A stretch of 64,000 nucleotides of DNA from Polyangiales bacterium. Its GTDB lineage: Bacteria; Myxococcota_A; Polyangia; Polyangiales; Houyiibacteriaceae. Below, in pieces: positions 9,468-19,026 of this stretch; position 1 is the first letter of the stretch; each line of letters starts with the position of its first letter. Position numbers and translations under genes: made by a program. Where the stretch lies: assembly GCA_045106895.1 (NCBI GenBank), contig JBGCFM010000024.1:32001-96000 (forward strand), written 5' to 3'. The notes under the pieces were generated by a model, which did no database searches, was not told the origin of the DNA, and saw only the letters and a program-made list of their open reading frames with translations.

Positions 9468-11017
9468 CCCCGCCAAAGACCAGGGCCAAGCCGAAGCGAC
9501 GGAAGAGCCGTCGTCGCTTTGGTCGCTTTGAGACCAAGATCCTCGGCGCCATGTGCCTCGTCGCCTTGGGTCCTCTCATCGGCGGCCTCGTGTTTGGTCG
9601 CTCGGTTCTTCAGGACGCATACGCCCTCGGCGTCAACGAACGCTTCGCGGGCCAGCTTCATCGCGCCGTCGATATTCACCGTACCTACCTCGTCGCCCTG
9701 CGCGAAGGCGGTGAACGCGCCGCGGACGCCGTCGCTGGTTCACACACGCTTCGCGGCATGCTGGAGAGCGCGCCGCGTGAGGCCATCGAAGCTCACCTTC
9801 AATCCAGGCTTCAGCGCTACGACGGTATTGCCCGTTTCAGGGTCCTCGAAGGAGACGAAGTGCGTGCCGAGGCGGAGGACCTCGCGCGCCTCGGCGATAG
9901 TTTTCGCGAGCTCGTTCAACGACGCGACGTGGAGGTCGGTGGCCGCGAGTTCGTCATCGAGACCGTCGCCACCGCTCCCGAGAGCGCCTTCGACGCCTTC
10001 CAGCAGGCCGGCGCCGACGCGGAACTCTACGACCGCCTCGAGGCCCAAGGCGCCAACGTGTCGGACGTGTACCTTTGGGTTTATATCGCGTTCTTGGCCC
10101 TGGTCATCGTCTTCGCTCTCGCCTTGGCGGTGTTCGTCGCACGGCGCATCACCAAACGCGTCACGGTGCTGGCGGCTGCGACGCGCCGCTTGGGTGGCGG
10201 CGATATGAATGTCACGGTTCCTCGGGAGTCCCAGGACGAAGTTGGAGAGCTCGTCGAGGCCTTCAACACCATGGTTGAAGACCTGCGCCGCTCCCGCGAG
10301 CGAATCGACTACCTCAAACGCATCGGCGCCTGGCAGGAGTTCGCGCGGCGCCTCGCCCACGAGATCAAAAACCCGCTCACGCCGATTCGCCTCGCCGCGC
10401 AAGAGATCCACCGCAGCTACGACGGCGAGGATGAGCGCTTCTCCCAGAAGCTCTCGGACGCCAAGGAGATCATCGAGGAGGAGGTCGAGACCCTGCGGCG
10501 CCTCGTCGGCGAGTTCAGCAGCTTTGCCAAGCTCCCCTCGGCGGCTCTCGAAGCTGCGGATCTCAACGAGTTCGTCTCGGACCTGGAGCTCGCCATCACC
10601 ACCATCGCCATCGACGTCTTTCCCGAGGAGCCGCGACCAGCGACGAAGATTCGGCTGGCGCCGGTGGAGAGCCTGCCTGTACAGATCGACGCGATGATGC
10701 TGAAGCGCTGTGTCGACAACCTCGTGCGTAATGCGCTCCAGGCCATGCGCGGCGGCAAAGGGTCCATCGTGCGGGTTTCTGTCGAGGACGATGGCGAAGA
10801 CGCCTGCATCTCCGTGGAGGATGACGGCCCCGGAATCCCCAAAGGGGACTGGGAGTCGATCTTCGATCCCTACTTCACGACCAAATCGGACGGCACCGGA
10901 CTCGGTCTCGCTATCGTCAAGAAGGTGATCTTGGAGCACGAGGGCAGCATCACCTGCGAGAAGTCCTCCCTTGGCGGCGCCCGCATGGTGATTCGGGTTC
11001 CTCTTTCGTCGAGATGA
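9464..11017 (+). CDS. HAMP-domain sensor histidine kinase (NtrY-like)
   Basis: Two TM segments, HAMP, AWQEFARRLAHEIKNPLTPI, NLVRNA, DDGPG, GTGLGL; GTG overlaps the upstream stop. Confidence 0.92.
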   Translation: MTPPKTRAKPKRRKSRRRFGRFETKILGAMCLVALGPLIGGLVFGRSVLQDAYALGVNERFAGQLHRAVDIHRTYLVALREGGERAADAVAGSHTLRGMLESAPREAIEAHLQSRLQRYDGIARFRVLEGDEVRAEAEDLARLGDSFRELVQRRDVEVGGREFVIETVATAPESAFDAFQQAGADAELYDRLEAQGANVSDVYLWVYIAFLALVIVFALALAVFVARRITKRVTVLAAATRRLGGGDMNVTVPRESQDEVGELVEAFNTMVEDLRRSRERIDYLKRIGAWQEFARRLAHEIKNPLTPIRLAAQEIHRSYDGEDERFSQKLSDAKEIIEEEVETLRRLVGEFSSFAKLPSAALEAADLNEFVSDLELAITTIAIDVFPEEPRPATKIRLAPVESLPVQIDAMMLKRCVDNLVRNALQAMRGGKGSIVRVSVEDDGEDACISVEDDGPGIPKGDWESIFDPYFTTKSDGTGLGLAIVKKVILEHEGSITCEKSSLGGARMVIRVPLSSR

Positions 11018-11018
11018 T

Positions 11019-11522
11019 ATGAAGAGCGACGTCCTCCGCCTACTGCCGGCTTTTGCCCTCATCGTCGCCGTCGCGACGGGTCTGGCTTTTTGGACAGAAC
11101 GTGCCGCGCCAGCCCCGGACTTTACGCTGGACGTCATCGCCGGAGAGGGCCTCGGCGACCGCGTGTCCCTCGCAAATCTGCGTGGGGAGGTGGTCGTTCT
11201 GGAGTTTTGGGCGTCTTGGTGCAGTGCCTGCCGACGCTCCGTTCCCGCGCTGAACGAATTTCACGAGCGTCTCCCAGAGGTTCAAATCTACGGAATTACG
11301 TCCGAAGGGCTGACGCCAGCGGAGATTCGAGCGGCCCACGAACACTTCGGGTTCGATTTTCCGTCCCTTCGAGACGATGAGGGCCTCTCCCAGGTGTTTG
11401 GCGTCGAAGCCCTGCCCACAGTAGTGGTTATTGACCAAGAAGGTCGGGTTCAATGGCACCAAATGGGGACTGTTTCGACCGACGAACTGCTCGAACAAGT
11501 GCGGCCATTTACCTCGGAGTAG
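11019..11522 (+). CDS. TlpA/ResA-like thiol-disulfide oxidoreductase
   Basis: FWASWCSAC, LPTVVVID. Confidence 0.9.
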   Translation: MKSDVLRLLPAFALIVAVATGLAFWTERAAPAPDFTLDVIAGEGLGDRVSLANLRGEVVVLEFWASWCSACRRSVPALNEFHERLPEVQIYGITSEGLTPAEIRAAHEHFGFDFPSLRDDEGLSQVFGVEALPTVVVIDQEGRVQWHQMGTVSTDELLEQVRPFTSE

Positions 11523-11630
11523 ATGGTTTTGGGGGATGACTCTTGATCCTATGAGAGCTGATTGGTAACGTTCGCCGCCCCGGCTTCTCACAAAGCCGGC
11601 CGGTTTTGGCCGGAAAACGGGAGGATTGGC

Positions 11631-12416
11631 TTGGTTCAGCAGCTTCAGGGTGCGAGTTTAGAAAGTCGCGTCGCGCGCTACCAGGAACTTCGAAAAGCAG
11701 TCCCACCTGCGGTTCTCGAAGATTTCGACAAAAACCTAAAGATGTCATGGATTTACCATGACAGCGCGATCGAGGGCGTCGTCTACACGCAAGACGAGCT
11801 CATGTCGGCGATTGCGGAGGAGGAGCCCGAAGACGGTGCTCTTACCCCCGTCTACGACGAGATCCGCAATCACCTTCGAGCCATCGCGATGCTCGAAGAG
11901 TACGCCGAGAAGAAGCGGTTTTCGCTGAGTCTCGACGTCATCAAGAAGCTCTACGCCGTGCTCGCGCCGGAAGAGCTCGAGGGCAAAGGGCAGCCGACAT
12001 ACCGCAAGGATATGCCGCTACACCGGCTCTATTTCCACGAGATCTCTCAGCCCGAGAAGATCTCGTACAAGATGCGTCAGCTTGTGACTTGGATGAACGC
12101 GCCGGAGACGAAGCGCTCCACCCACGCGGTTCGTTTGGCTTCAAGAGCCCACGCCCAGCTGCTGCAGATCTATCCTTTCCCGCGTCAGAGCGGCAAGGTC
12201 GCACGCCTTGTGCTCAACCTGATTCTGATGCGCCAGGGTTACCCGCCCGTCGTGTTCCACGCGACGCAGCGTCAGCGCTACTACGAGGCCCTGAAGAACA
12301 ACGAAGATGCCGTGGCAAACTTCGTCAACCAGGCCCTCATCGCCAGCGCTGAGAGCAGCATCGCCTACCTCGAAGAGGTCGTCGCGAACCTCGAGGCCGA
12401 ACAAGCCAAGAAGTAG
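11631..12416 (+). CDS. Fic family protein with degenerate catalytic motif
   Basis: YHDSAIEG inhibitory-helix-like motif; YPFPRQSGKVAR in place of HPFxDGNGRxxR; GGAGG RBS before TTG at 11631. Confidence 0.8.
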   Translation: MVQQLQGASLESRVARYQELRKAVPPAVLEDFDKNLKMSWIYHDSAIEGVVYTQDELMSAIAEEEPEDGALTPVYDEIRNHLRAIAMLEEYAEKKRFSLSLDVIKKLYAVLAPEELEGKGQPTYRKDMPLHRLYFHEISQPEKISYKMRQLVTWMNAPETKRSTHAVRLASRAHAQLLQIYPFPRQSGKVARLVLNLILMRQGYPPVVFHATQRQRYYEALKNNEDAVANFVNQALIASAESSIAYLEEVVANLEAEQAKK

Positions 12417-12423
12417 TCGCCAG

Positions 12424-12447
12424 CAACGCACCGCGAATGGTGCGTTG
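12424..12447. terminator. Hairpin between convergent genes
   Basis: caacgcacc-N6-ggtgcgttg perfect 9-bp stem; no U-tract. Confidence 0.5.
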
Positions 12448-12456
12448 TGGGGACGA

Positions 12457-14127
12457 TCAGGGAGCCGCGAAGCCGGCGGGGAGCAGCACTTCGTAGCTGC
12501 CGTCGTCGTCGATGCGTGAGCGGGCCACTTCAACGTAGCGTTCGCCGCTGAGGGCGAAGGCCCGAACTTCCAGGCCCGCCAACTCGACGTCGTTGGCGTC
12601 GCGTACCATGCCGTGCACGGGGACCGGCGCGGTCACTTGGTAGTTGGAGATGAGCGTGGAGTCGACGGCGCCCACGGCGAGGTCCGGGGCGACGATCCAA
12701 GCAAAGCCCGTCTCCACCCCGGGACGCATGAAGAGGTCGTAGCTGCCCACATCGAGGAGCAGTGCGAAGCGGCCGGTCTCGTCGGTCACGGACTCGCTGG
12801 TGCGGTTTCGCGTGGAGTCAGCGACGGCGGCGCGGGCCTCCACGGGCACGTCTGAAAGCGCCTCGGATGTCGTGTTCGCCAGGACGCTTCCGCCCAGCTG
12901 GGTTCGGCGTTCCACGCGGAAGAGCTGGCCGCGAATGATCTGGTCGTCCATGGACGGTGTGATGCGAACAGACTCCGTGCTGACAGCGAAGCTCAGGTCT
13001 GTGGGCGTGATGGTCACGTCGTAGTTGCCAGGCAGGAGCGTCGTTGTGAAGCGGCCCTCGGTGGCGACGACGTTCGCTCGGAAGGAGCCACGCAGGCCAC
13101 TCTCTTCATCGGCGACGTCGTTCGAGACAAACTCCAACGTCGCGTCGGCGGCGCCCCCGGCGGCGTCTTCGACGGTGCCCTCGTATTCGACGGTCCGAAC
13201 GGCGGGCACCCGAATGCGTAGGTCTTCAGAGAGGAGGCTTGGGTCCGCCTCGATGGTGGGGAAGAGCGGCCTGGCGCCCGCGGCGCTGACGCGGAGGACA
13301 TAGGGTCCGCTCGCCTCGCCGATGACCAAGGTGAATAGGCCTTCTTCATCCGTGACACTTGTGGAGGACACTACTGTGCCTTCTTCATCGATGGCGCGAA
13401 CCACGAGGCCTTCTTCCGCCGTGGCCGTCATGTCCGTCATGCTCACGACGCTGCCCTGGAGGGTGCATCGATCGGTACGGGTCGCCCCGCACACATCACG
13501 AAGCTCTTCGCCGTAGGGGAACATCGCGCGCCAGATTGCGCTCTGGACACCCGCGATAGGCTCTGGCGTCACGAGCTGATTGACGACACGAAGGGGCGGC
13601 AGCCGGCGCTCCCATGGCTCTTCGTCCCCGTCTTCGGCGAGGGCGACGGAGGGGCGGACGAGCACATCGTAGGCTTGCCCCGCTTCGAGGCGTGCGATGT
13701 AGTCCGCTTCGTTTCCTTCGTCGTCCACCATGGGCTCGTCGAAGGTGTTCGTTCGGATGACGACGCTTGGCAGACCGGGCAATCCGGCGCGGGAGAAGAC
13801 GAGCTCAGCGGCGACGCGCTCCTCGCCAAAGCGAACCTGGCCGCGAACCTCCACGTAGCCGGGCACCGCCAGGTCGAGCTCTTGAGGCGACGTGACCTGA
13901 TAACTCTCGCTCGTCCAAAGCGGGCGCACATCGGTGGTTTCCGTCGGAACGACGCGGAAAACGACCTGGATTGGGTCCGTGGCCGTCGACACACAGCGCG
14001 CTTCGACGCACTGCGCTGGGCCGCACTCGGCGTCGGTCGCGCAGAGATTGACCGCCTGCATCGGCGGGCCGCCAAAGCTGCACGCACCCAGCAGCGAGAG
14101 CAGCAGCGCACTTCGAAGGGTGCTCAT
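12457..14127 (-). CDS. Lipoprotein with Cys-rich segment and carboxypeptidase-regulatory-like beta-sandwich repeats
   Basis: LGAC lipobox; repeated TDEEGLF/TDETGRF and PGNYDV motifs; 4-bp overlap with the upstream gene. Confidence 0.7.
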   Translation of the reverse strand: MSTLRSALLLSLLGACSFGGPPMQAVNLCATDAECGPAQCVEARCVSTATDPIQVVFRVVPTETTDVRPLWTSESYQVTSPQELDLAVPGYVEVRGQVRFGEERVAAELVFSRAGLPGLPSVVIRTNTFDEPMVDDEGNEADYIARLEAGQAYDVLVRPSVALAEDGDEEPWERRLPPLRVVNQLVTPEPIAGVQSAIWRAMFPYGEELRDVCGATRTDRCTLQGSVVSMTDMTATAEEGLVVRAIDEEGTVVSSTSVTDEEGLFTLVIGEASGPYVLRVSAAGARPLFPTIEADPSLLSEDLRIRVPAVRTVEYEGTVEDAAGGAADATLEFVSNDVADEESGLRGSFRANVVATEGRFTTTLLPGNYDVTITPTDLSFAVSTESVRITPSMDDQIIRGQLFRVERRTQLGGSVLANTTSEALSDVPVEARAAVADSTRNRTSESVTDETGRFALLLDVGSYDLFMRPGVETGFAWIVAPDLAVGAVDSTLISNYQVTAPVPVHGMVRDANDVELAGLEVRAFALSGERYVEVARSRIDDDGSYEVLLPAGFAAP

Positions 14128-14639
14128 TGTGTGCATCCTCTCAAGTCGATGGGTTCACCGCCGGAGGACGTCACCGCGACCCACCACACCGCCGAGTGCA
14201 CGTCGCCTTCTTCCACGGGCACGCGCACATCCAGGAACTCTTGGGACACGAGCAGCTCGATCTTCACGCAGCCCGAGTCACCCAAGAAGCCGACCTGCAC
14301 ACGAATGGTGGTGCTGCGCTCGACGGACTCGGTCATCGTCGGCGAGATGGTGTTGTTCAGCTGTTGCGGGACGAAAATCGACGTGCCGTCGCGGCGGATG
14401 ACGAAGACCTGGGTTTGAAGCCGGGTTTTGACGTTTGCGTCCCGAATGATGACGTCGAACTCAAGGTCCTCGGTGACCTCATCCCGGTTGATCTGGACGA
14501 TGCGGTTGAGCGGATAGACCGCGTCCGGCGTGCTCACCACCGACGACGGGTAGTTCCGCGGCTGGGTGTTGTCGATGGAGTCCGTGACGAGGCAGCTCAT
14601 GAGGGTCGTTGACGCGATCGCGAAGGTGATGATTCGCAT
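14124..14639 (-). CDS. Hypothetical lipoprotein
   Basis: MRIITF...LMSC lipobox; AGAAGGA upstream. Confidence 0.7.
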   Translation of the reverse strand: MRIITFAIASTTLMSCLVTDSIDNTQPRNYPSSVVSTPDAVYPLNRIVQINRDEVTEDLEFDVIIRDANVKTRLQTQVFVIRRDGTSIFVPQQLNNTISPTMTESVERSTTIRVQVGFLGDSGCVKIELLVSQEFLDVRVPVEEGDVHSAVWWVAVTSSGGEPIDLRGCTQ

Positions 14640-14654
14640 CGTCCTTCTGATGGT

Positions 14655-14671
14655 TGCAACCCGCATGCCGA
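14655..14671 (-). promoter_or_regulatory. Putative sigma-54 (-24/-12) promoter
   Basis: Minus strand TCGGCATGCGGGTTGCA = GG-N10-GC with TTGCA; divergent from a sigma-54 activator gene. Confidence 0.65.
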
Positions 14672-14860
14672 CCGAAGCCTACTCATAGACCACGCAAAGG
14701 ATCGACGTTTTTGCGTGATCTGGTGATCTGAGGGCGAATTAGCGAGGCCGGGCCCCTACGGACCCTGACATTCCTGTCCGGGCCACGGCATCGGCACACA
14801 CTCGGGTCAACTCGACTGAATTGCGTCCAGCGTCGACGATTTCCAGTTAGGCTGCGCGTC

Positions 14861-16660
14861 ATGCCGAACCTCAAATGGATCGTGCCCGAAGGCCGCCCCC
14901 TCGCCTTCCCTGTCTATAAGACCATCACGACCATCGGTCGTGCTGCGACGAACGACGTGTCTATCACCGAGTCGTCGGTCTCTGATTTCCACGCTCAGCT
15001 CGTCTTCGACGGTCGAGACTTCAACCTGTCCGAAGCGGACGGCGACGGAACGATTCAGGTCAACGGCAAGAAGAAGCGTCGCACGAAGATCTTCCACAAC
15101 GACCGACTGCTCCTCGGCGACGTCGAGCTGACCTTCTCGATCTACGACGAAGTCATCGAGAACACATCTGGAGATCCCGCCGGCGCCGAGCTCGCGGGCA
15201 TGGTCAAGCTCAGCGAGTTCAACCGGAAGCTCTTGGAGATCCGTTCCGTCCCGGACCAGATTCGCGCGCTCCTCGACGCCGTCATCGACGTGACCTCCGC
15301 CGCCAAGGGTTTCGTGATCTTGCTCGAGAACGGCGAACCCCGCGTCGCCGCCGCACGGAACGTCGAAGGCAGTGACGTCGAGCGAGACGCCACGCACCTC
15401 TCCGACAGCATCATCCAGCAGTGCATCGAGAGTCGCCAGCCGCTCATCGTGAGTGACGCGTTGAACGACACGATGTTCAAGACGAGCAAGAGCGTCATGA
15501 GCCTGAAGCTCTGCTCCGTGATGGTCGCGCCGCTGATCTCCCAGGGCCAAATCCTAGGTCTCATCTACGTCGGGAACGACAACGTGGTGAGCCTCTTTGA
15601 GGAGTCGTCGCTGGACGTTCTGACGATCTTCGCGGGTCAGGCGTCGCTGATTCTTCAGAACGCGATCCTCCTCGACGAGCTTCAGCTCGACAAAAAGCGA
15701 ATGAAAGCAGCACTCGATGATCGCCGCTTTGGTGACATCATCGGTTCCTGCCCGAGCCTCCTTGATGTGTTCTCCAAGGTGGAGAAGGTCGCTGGCACAG
15801 ACATCAGCGTGCTCATCACCGGCGAAACGGGCACCGGCAAGGAGCTCATCGCCCGCGAACTACACCGTCGCTCGGGCCGCGCAAAGGGTCCCTTCGTGGT
15901 CGTCAATTGCGGCGCGATCCCCGAGAACCTCATGGAGTCGGAGCTCTTCGGCCACGTACGTGGTGCGTTCACCGGAGCTGTTGCGACGCGCACGGGCAAG
16001 TTCCAACAGGCCGACGGCGGCACGCTCTTCCTCGACGAGATCGGCGAGATGCCGCTCTCTCTCCAGGTGAAACTTCTCCGCGCGCTTCAGGAGCGCGTCG
16101 TCATGAAGGTCGGCGACAGCAAGGCGGAGAAGGTCAACATTCGAATCGTCGCCGCGACGAACCGTGACCTGGAAGTCGAGATTCGTGAGTCACGTTTCCG
16201 CGAAGACCTCTTCTACCGACTCAACGTCGTGAACCTTCATTTGCCCCCGCTTCGCGAGCGAGGCGACGACGTCACGGTCATCGCCAAGTACCTCCTCAAC
16301 AAACACGCTGGTGAGTACCAGGTCAACGTGAAGGGCTTCACGCCGGGCGCCATGGCGGCGATGCGCAAGTACACCTGGCCCGGCAACGTCCGGCAGCTGG
16401 AAAACCGCATCAAGAAGGCGCTGGTGCTCGCGGACAAGACCCTCGTCGGGCCGGAAGACATCGACCTGAGCGTCGACTCTTTGCCGTCCATCGCTCCCCT
16501 CGCCGAGGCGCGCGAGGACTTCACGCGAAAGTACATCTTGGATGTCCTCGAGCAGAACAACGGGAACCGAACCAAGACCGCTCGGGATCTTGGCGTCGAT
16601 CCACGTACCGTCTTTCGTTACCTCGAACGGGAGCCAGACGCCCCCGAACCAGGCGGCTGA
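14861..16660 (+). CDS. Sigma-54 enhancer-binding protein, FHA-GAF-AAA+-HTH(Fis)
   Basis: TIGR...VSDFHA (FHA), GAF, GETGTGKE, GAFTGA, LFLDEIGE, WPGNVRQL, C-terminal HTH. Confidence 0.95.
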   Translation: MPNLKWIVPEGRPLAFPVYKTITTIGRAATNDVSITESSVSDFHAQLVFDGRDFNLSEADGDGTIQVNGKKKRRTKIFHNDRLLLGDVELTFSIYDEVIENTSGDPAGAELAGMVKLSEFNRKLLEIRSVPDQIRALLDAVIDVTSAAKGFVILLENGEPRVAAARNVEGSDVERDATHLSDSIIQQCIESRQPLIVSDALNDTMFKTSKSVMSLKLCSVMVAPLISQGQILGLIYVGNDNVVSLFEESSLDVLTIFAGQASLILQNAILLDELQLDKKRMKAALDDRRFGDIIGSCPSLLDVFSKVEKVAGTDISVLITGETGTGKELIARELHRRSGRAKGPFVVVNCGAIPENLMESELFGHVRGAFTGAVATRTGKFQQADGGTLFLDEIGEMPLSLQVKLLRALQERVVMKVGDSKAEKVNIRIVAATNRDLEVEIRESRFREDLFYRLNVVNLHLPPLRERGDDVTVIAKYLLNKHAGEYQVNVKGFTPGAMAAMRKYTWPGNVRQLENRIKKALVLADKTLVGPEDIDLSVDSLPSIAPLAEAREDFTRKYILDVLEQNNGNRTKTARDLGVDPRTVFRYLEREPDAPEPGG

Positions 16661-16687
16661 TCGCCCCTAAATGACGGGTCGAGGATC

Positions 16688-17692
16688 ATGAGCGCAGTTC
16701 TCGCGTACGAGAATATCCAGAAGCACTACGGCGACTACAAAGCCCTCGGCGATGTGTCCCTTGAGGTGCACCCTGGCGAAGTGTTCGGGCTCCTCGGACC
16801 CAACGGCGCAGGCAAGACCACGCTCATCCGCATCGGCCTCGATATTCTGCGGCCCGACAGCGGCAAGGTGACGCTCTTCGGCAAGCCCCTCGACCGAAAC
16901 GCCCTCTCGCGGGTCTCATACCTTCCGGAAGAGCGCGGTCTCTACAAGAAGACCGGCGTCGTGGACATGCTCATCTACCTCGGGGTTCTTAAGGGAATGC
17001 CGCGCAAACAAGCGAAAGAGCGAGCGCTCGTTTGGCTGGGTCGCCTCGGCCTCGGCGAAGCTGTGGACAAGACCATCGATGCCCTCTCCAAAGGCATGAC
17101 GCAGAAAGTGCAGCTTATCGGCGCGCTCTTTGGCGAGCCGGAGATGTGCATTCTGGATGAGCCCTTCAGCGGCCTCGACCCTGCGGCGACGGCGCTCGTC
17201 AAAGAGCTCATCAGCGAACGTCGCCAGAACGGCCTGTCGACGATTTTGAGCACGCACATGATGAACCAGGTGGAGGCGGTGTGTGATCGCGTGGGGGTCA
17301 TCCACGCCGGCGAACGCGTCGTCTACGGACCTATCGACGAGGTGCGCCAAGAGCACTCGTTGCCGGAGCTCTTTCTCCGCACGGATGCTGCGCCGCCGGA
17401 CATCGACGATGCGACGGTCCGCGAAGAAGACGGCGGCTACGTGGTGACCCTTGAAGGTTCGCTGCTAGCGCCGGACTACCTGAGCGCCATCGTCGGCAAG
17501 GGCGCCCGCGTTCAGCACATGGAACCTCGCGTGGCGACGATGGAAGAGATCTTCCTGCGCGTCACCGGCGAAGCGCTCCCCAGCGCGGCGTCCTCTTCAA
17601 CGGCGTCCCCTTCAACAGCGTCCCCTTCAACAGCGTCCCCTTCAGCAGCGTCCCCTTCAGCAGCGTCCGAGACAGACGAGGAGAGCTCGTGA
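16688..17692 (+). CDS. ABC transporter ATP-binding protein (ABC-2 exporter)
   Basis: GPNGAGKT, LSKGM, ILDEPFSGLD. Confidence 0.93.
   Translation: MSAVLAYENIQKHYGDYKALGDVSLEVHPGEVFGLLGPNGAGKTTLIRIGLDILRPDSGKVTLFGKPLDRNALSRVSYLPEERGLYKKTGVVDMLIYLGVLKGMPRKQAKERALVWLGRLGLGEAVDKTIDALSKGMTQKVQLIGALFGEPEMCILDEPFSGLDPAATALVKELISERRQNGLSTILSTHMMNQVEAVCDRVGVIHAGERVVYGPIDEVRQEHSLPELFLRTDAAPPDIDDATVREEDGGYVVTLEGSLLAPDYLSAIVGKGARVQHMEPRVATMEEIFLRVTGEALPSAASSSTASPSTASPSTASPSAASPSAASETDEESS
17588..17668. repeat. About 5.4 x 15-bp tandem repeat encoding ASPS(T/A)
   Basis: gcgtccccttcaaca-type units seen directly. Confidence 0.92.
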
Positions 17693-19026
17693 TTCGCGCC
17701 TCCAAAGTCCGCGCCGTGGCTCGCTTTGAGTTTGGCACCGCCGTCCGACGCAAAGCGTTCATCCTCGTCACTTTCGGGCTGCCTATCTTCTTTGCGTCGG
17801 TGGGCGGTGGCCTCGGCGTCATTCAAACGAAGTTCCTCGTCGACCAGATGAACATCGTGGGCGTCGCCGGCGTGGTGGACGAGAGCGGCGTTCTCGCGGA
17901 CGAGCCAATCTGGGAAGAGGTCTCGGAACTCGACGATGAGCACCGGACCCTCACGGAATCACGGGGCGTCACGACGCCCGTTCTCGGCGTGGAGAAGACC
18001 GTCTTCGCGCTCTACGCGGACCGCGACGCTGCCATCGCCGCGGTGTTGGATGAGACCCTCGACCAGGGAGCGTACGTCATCCCGGATGACTACATCGCCA
18101 CCGGAACGGTGCTCTTCTACGACCGCGACGCCACCGGCGCGATGGGCGCCGCGCGTCGCGCCACCGTCGACCCGGCGCTTGCCCGCCTCATCCGTGATCG
18201 AATCCTGCGCAACGTTGCGTCCGACGAGATCCGGGAGCGCATCCTCTCGCCTTTGGACATCGAGGGAGTCGTCGTCTCGCCCGGTGGCGCCGAACGAAGC
18301 GACGACAAACGCTCCCTCGAGACCCTCTTTCGCGTGGGCGTGCCTTTCTTCCTGGGCATGTTCCTCCTCACCGCGCTCCTCTTCTCCAGCGGATACCTCG
18401 TCCAGACGGTGGCCCTCGACAAAGAGAGCAAGATCATCGAAGTGCTCCTCAGCTCGGCGGACCCGGATGAGATCCTCCTCGGAAAGCTCCTAGGCCTTGG
18501 AGGTGCGGGATTACTCCAGTTCTTCGTCTGGAGCGGCATGGTGCTTCTCGGCGCCAGCAGCGCAGCCCAAACGCTCACGGCGCTGGAGATCGAATTGCCG
18601 TGGCTCGCGCTCTCGTTTGCCCCGGTTCTCTTCGTCCTCGGCTACCTCTTCATCGGCAGCCTGATGCTCGCCACGGGCAGCCTCGGCAGCGGCATCGCCG
18701 AGAGCCAGAAGCTGACCATGGGCTGGGCGCTCCTCGCGCTCGCGCCGATGTTTGTCCTCGTGATGCTCATCGAAGAGCCCGGCGGGACCCTCGCCCGCGT
18801 GATGAGCATCGTGCCCTTCAGCTCGCCGCTCACGCTCATCGTGAGGCTCTCCATCGACCCCGACGGAGTTCCCATCTGGGAGATCATCCTCAGCGTGACG
18901 GTGCTCCTTTTATCGACGTGGGCAGCTATCCGCCTCGGCGCGCGCCTCTTCCGCCTCGGTATCCTGATGACGGGTTCGCGGCCATCCTGGCGAGAGATCG
19001 CCCGGCAAATGCGCCTGGACCGCTAG
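17689..19026 (+). CDS. ABC-2 type permease (NatB-like)
   Basis: DKESKIIEVLLSS, GKLLG, PFSSP; multiple TM segments. Confidence 0.9.
   Translation: MIRASKVRAVARFEFGTAVRRKAFILVTFGLPIFFASVGGGLGVIQTKFLVDQMNIVGVAGVVDESGVLADEPIWEEVSELDDEHRTLTESRGVTTPVLGVEKTVFALYADRDAAIAAVLDETLDQGAYVIPDDYIATGTVLFYDRDATGAMGAARRATVDPALARLIRDRILRNVASDEIRERILSPLDIEGVVVSPGGAERSDDKRSLETLFRVGVPFFLGMFLLTALLFSSGYLVQTVALDKESKIIEVLLSSADPDEILLGKLLGLGGAGLLQFFVWSGMVLLGASSAAQTLTALEIELPWLALSFAPVLFVLGYLFIGSLMLATGSLGSGIAESQKLTMGWALLALAPMFVLVMLIEEPGGTLARVMSIVPFSSPLTLIVRLSIDPDGVPIWEIILSVTVLLLSTWAAIRLGARLFRLGILMTGSRPSWREIARQMRLDR

Noticed and set aside
7363..11137. Long minus-strand ORFs (550 aa and 465 aa)
   Set aside because: Antisense to the Omp85 and histidine kinase genes; no domain signal.
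11631..12416. Fic gene as a toxin-antitoxin or mobile-element marker
   Set aside because: No antitoxin ORF, integrase, att site or terminal repeats; catalytic motif degenerate.
2008..17668. Short tandem repeats as possible CRISPR arrays
   Set aside because: No unique spacers, all in-frame within CDS, and no cas genes.
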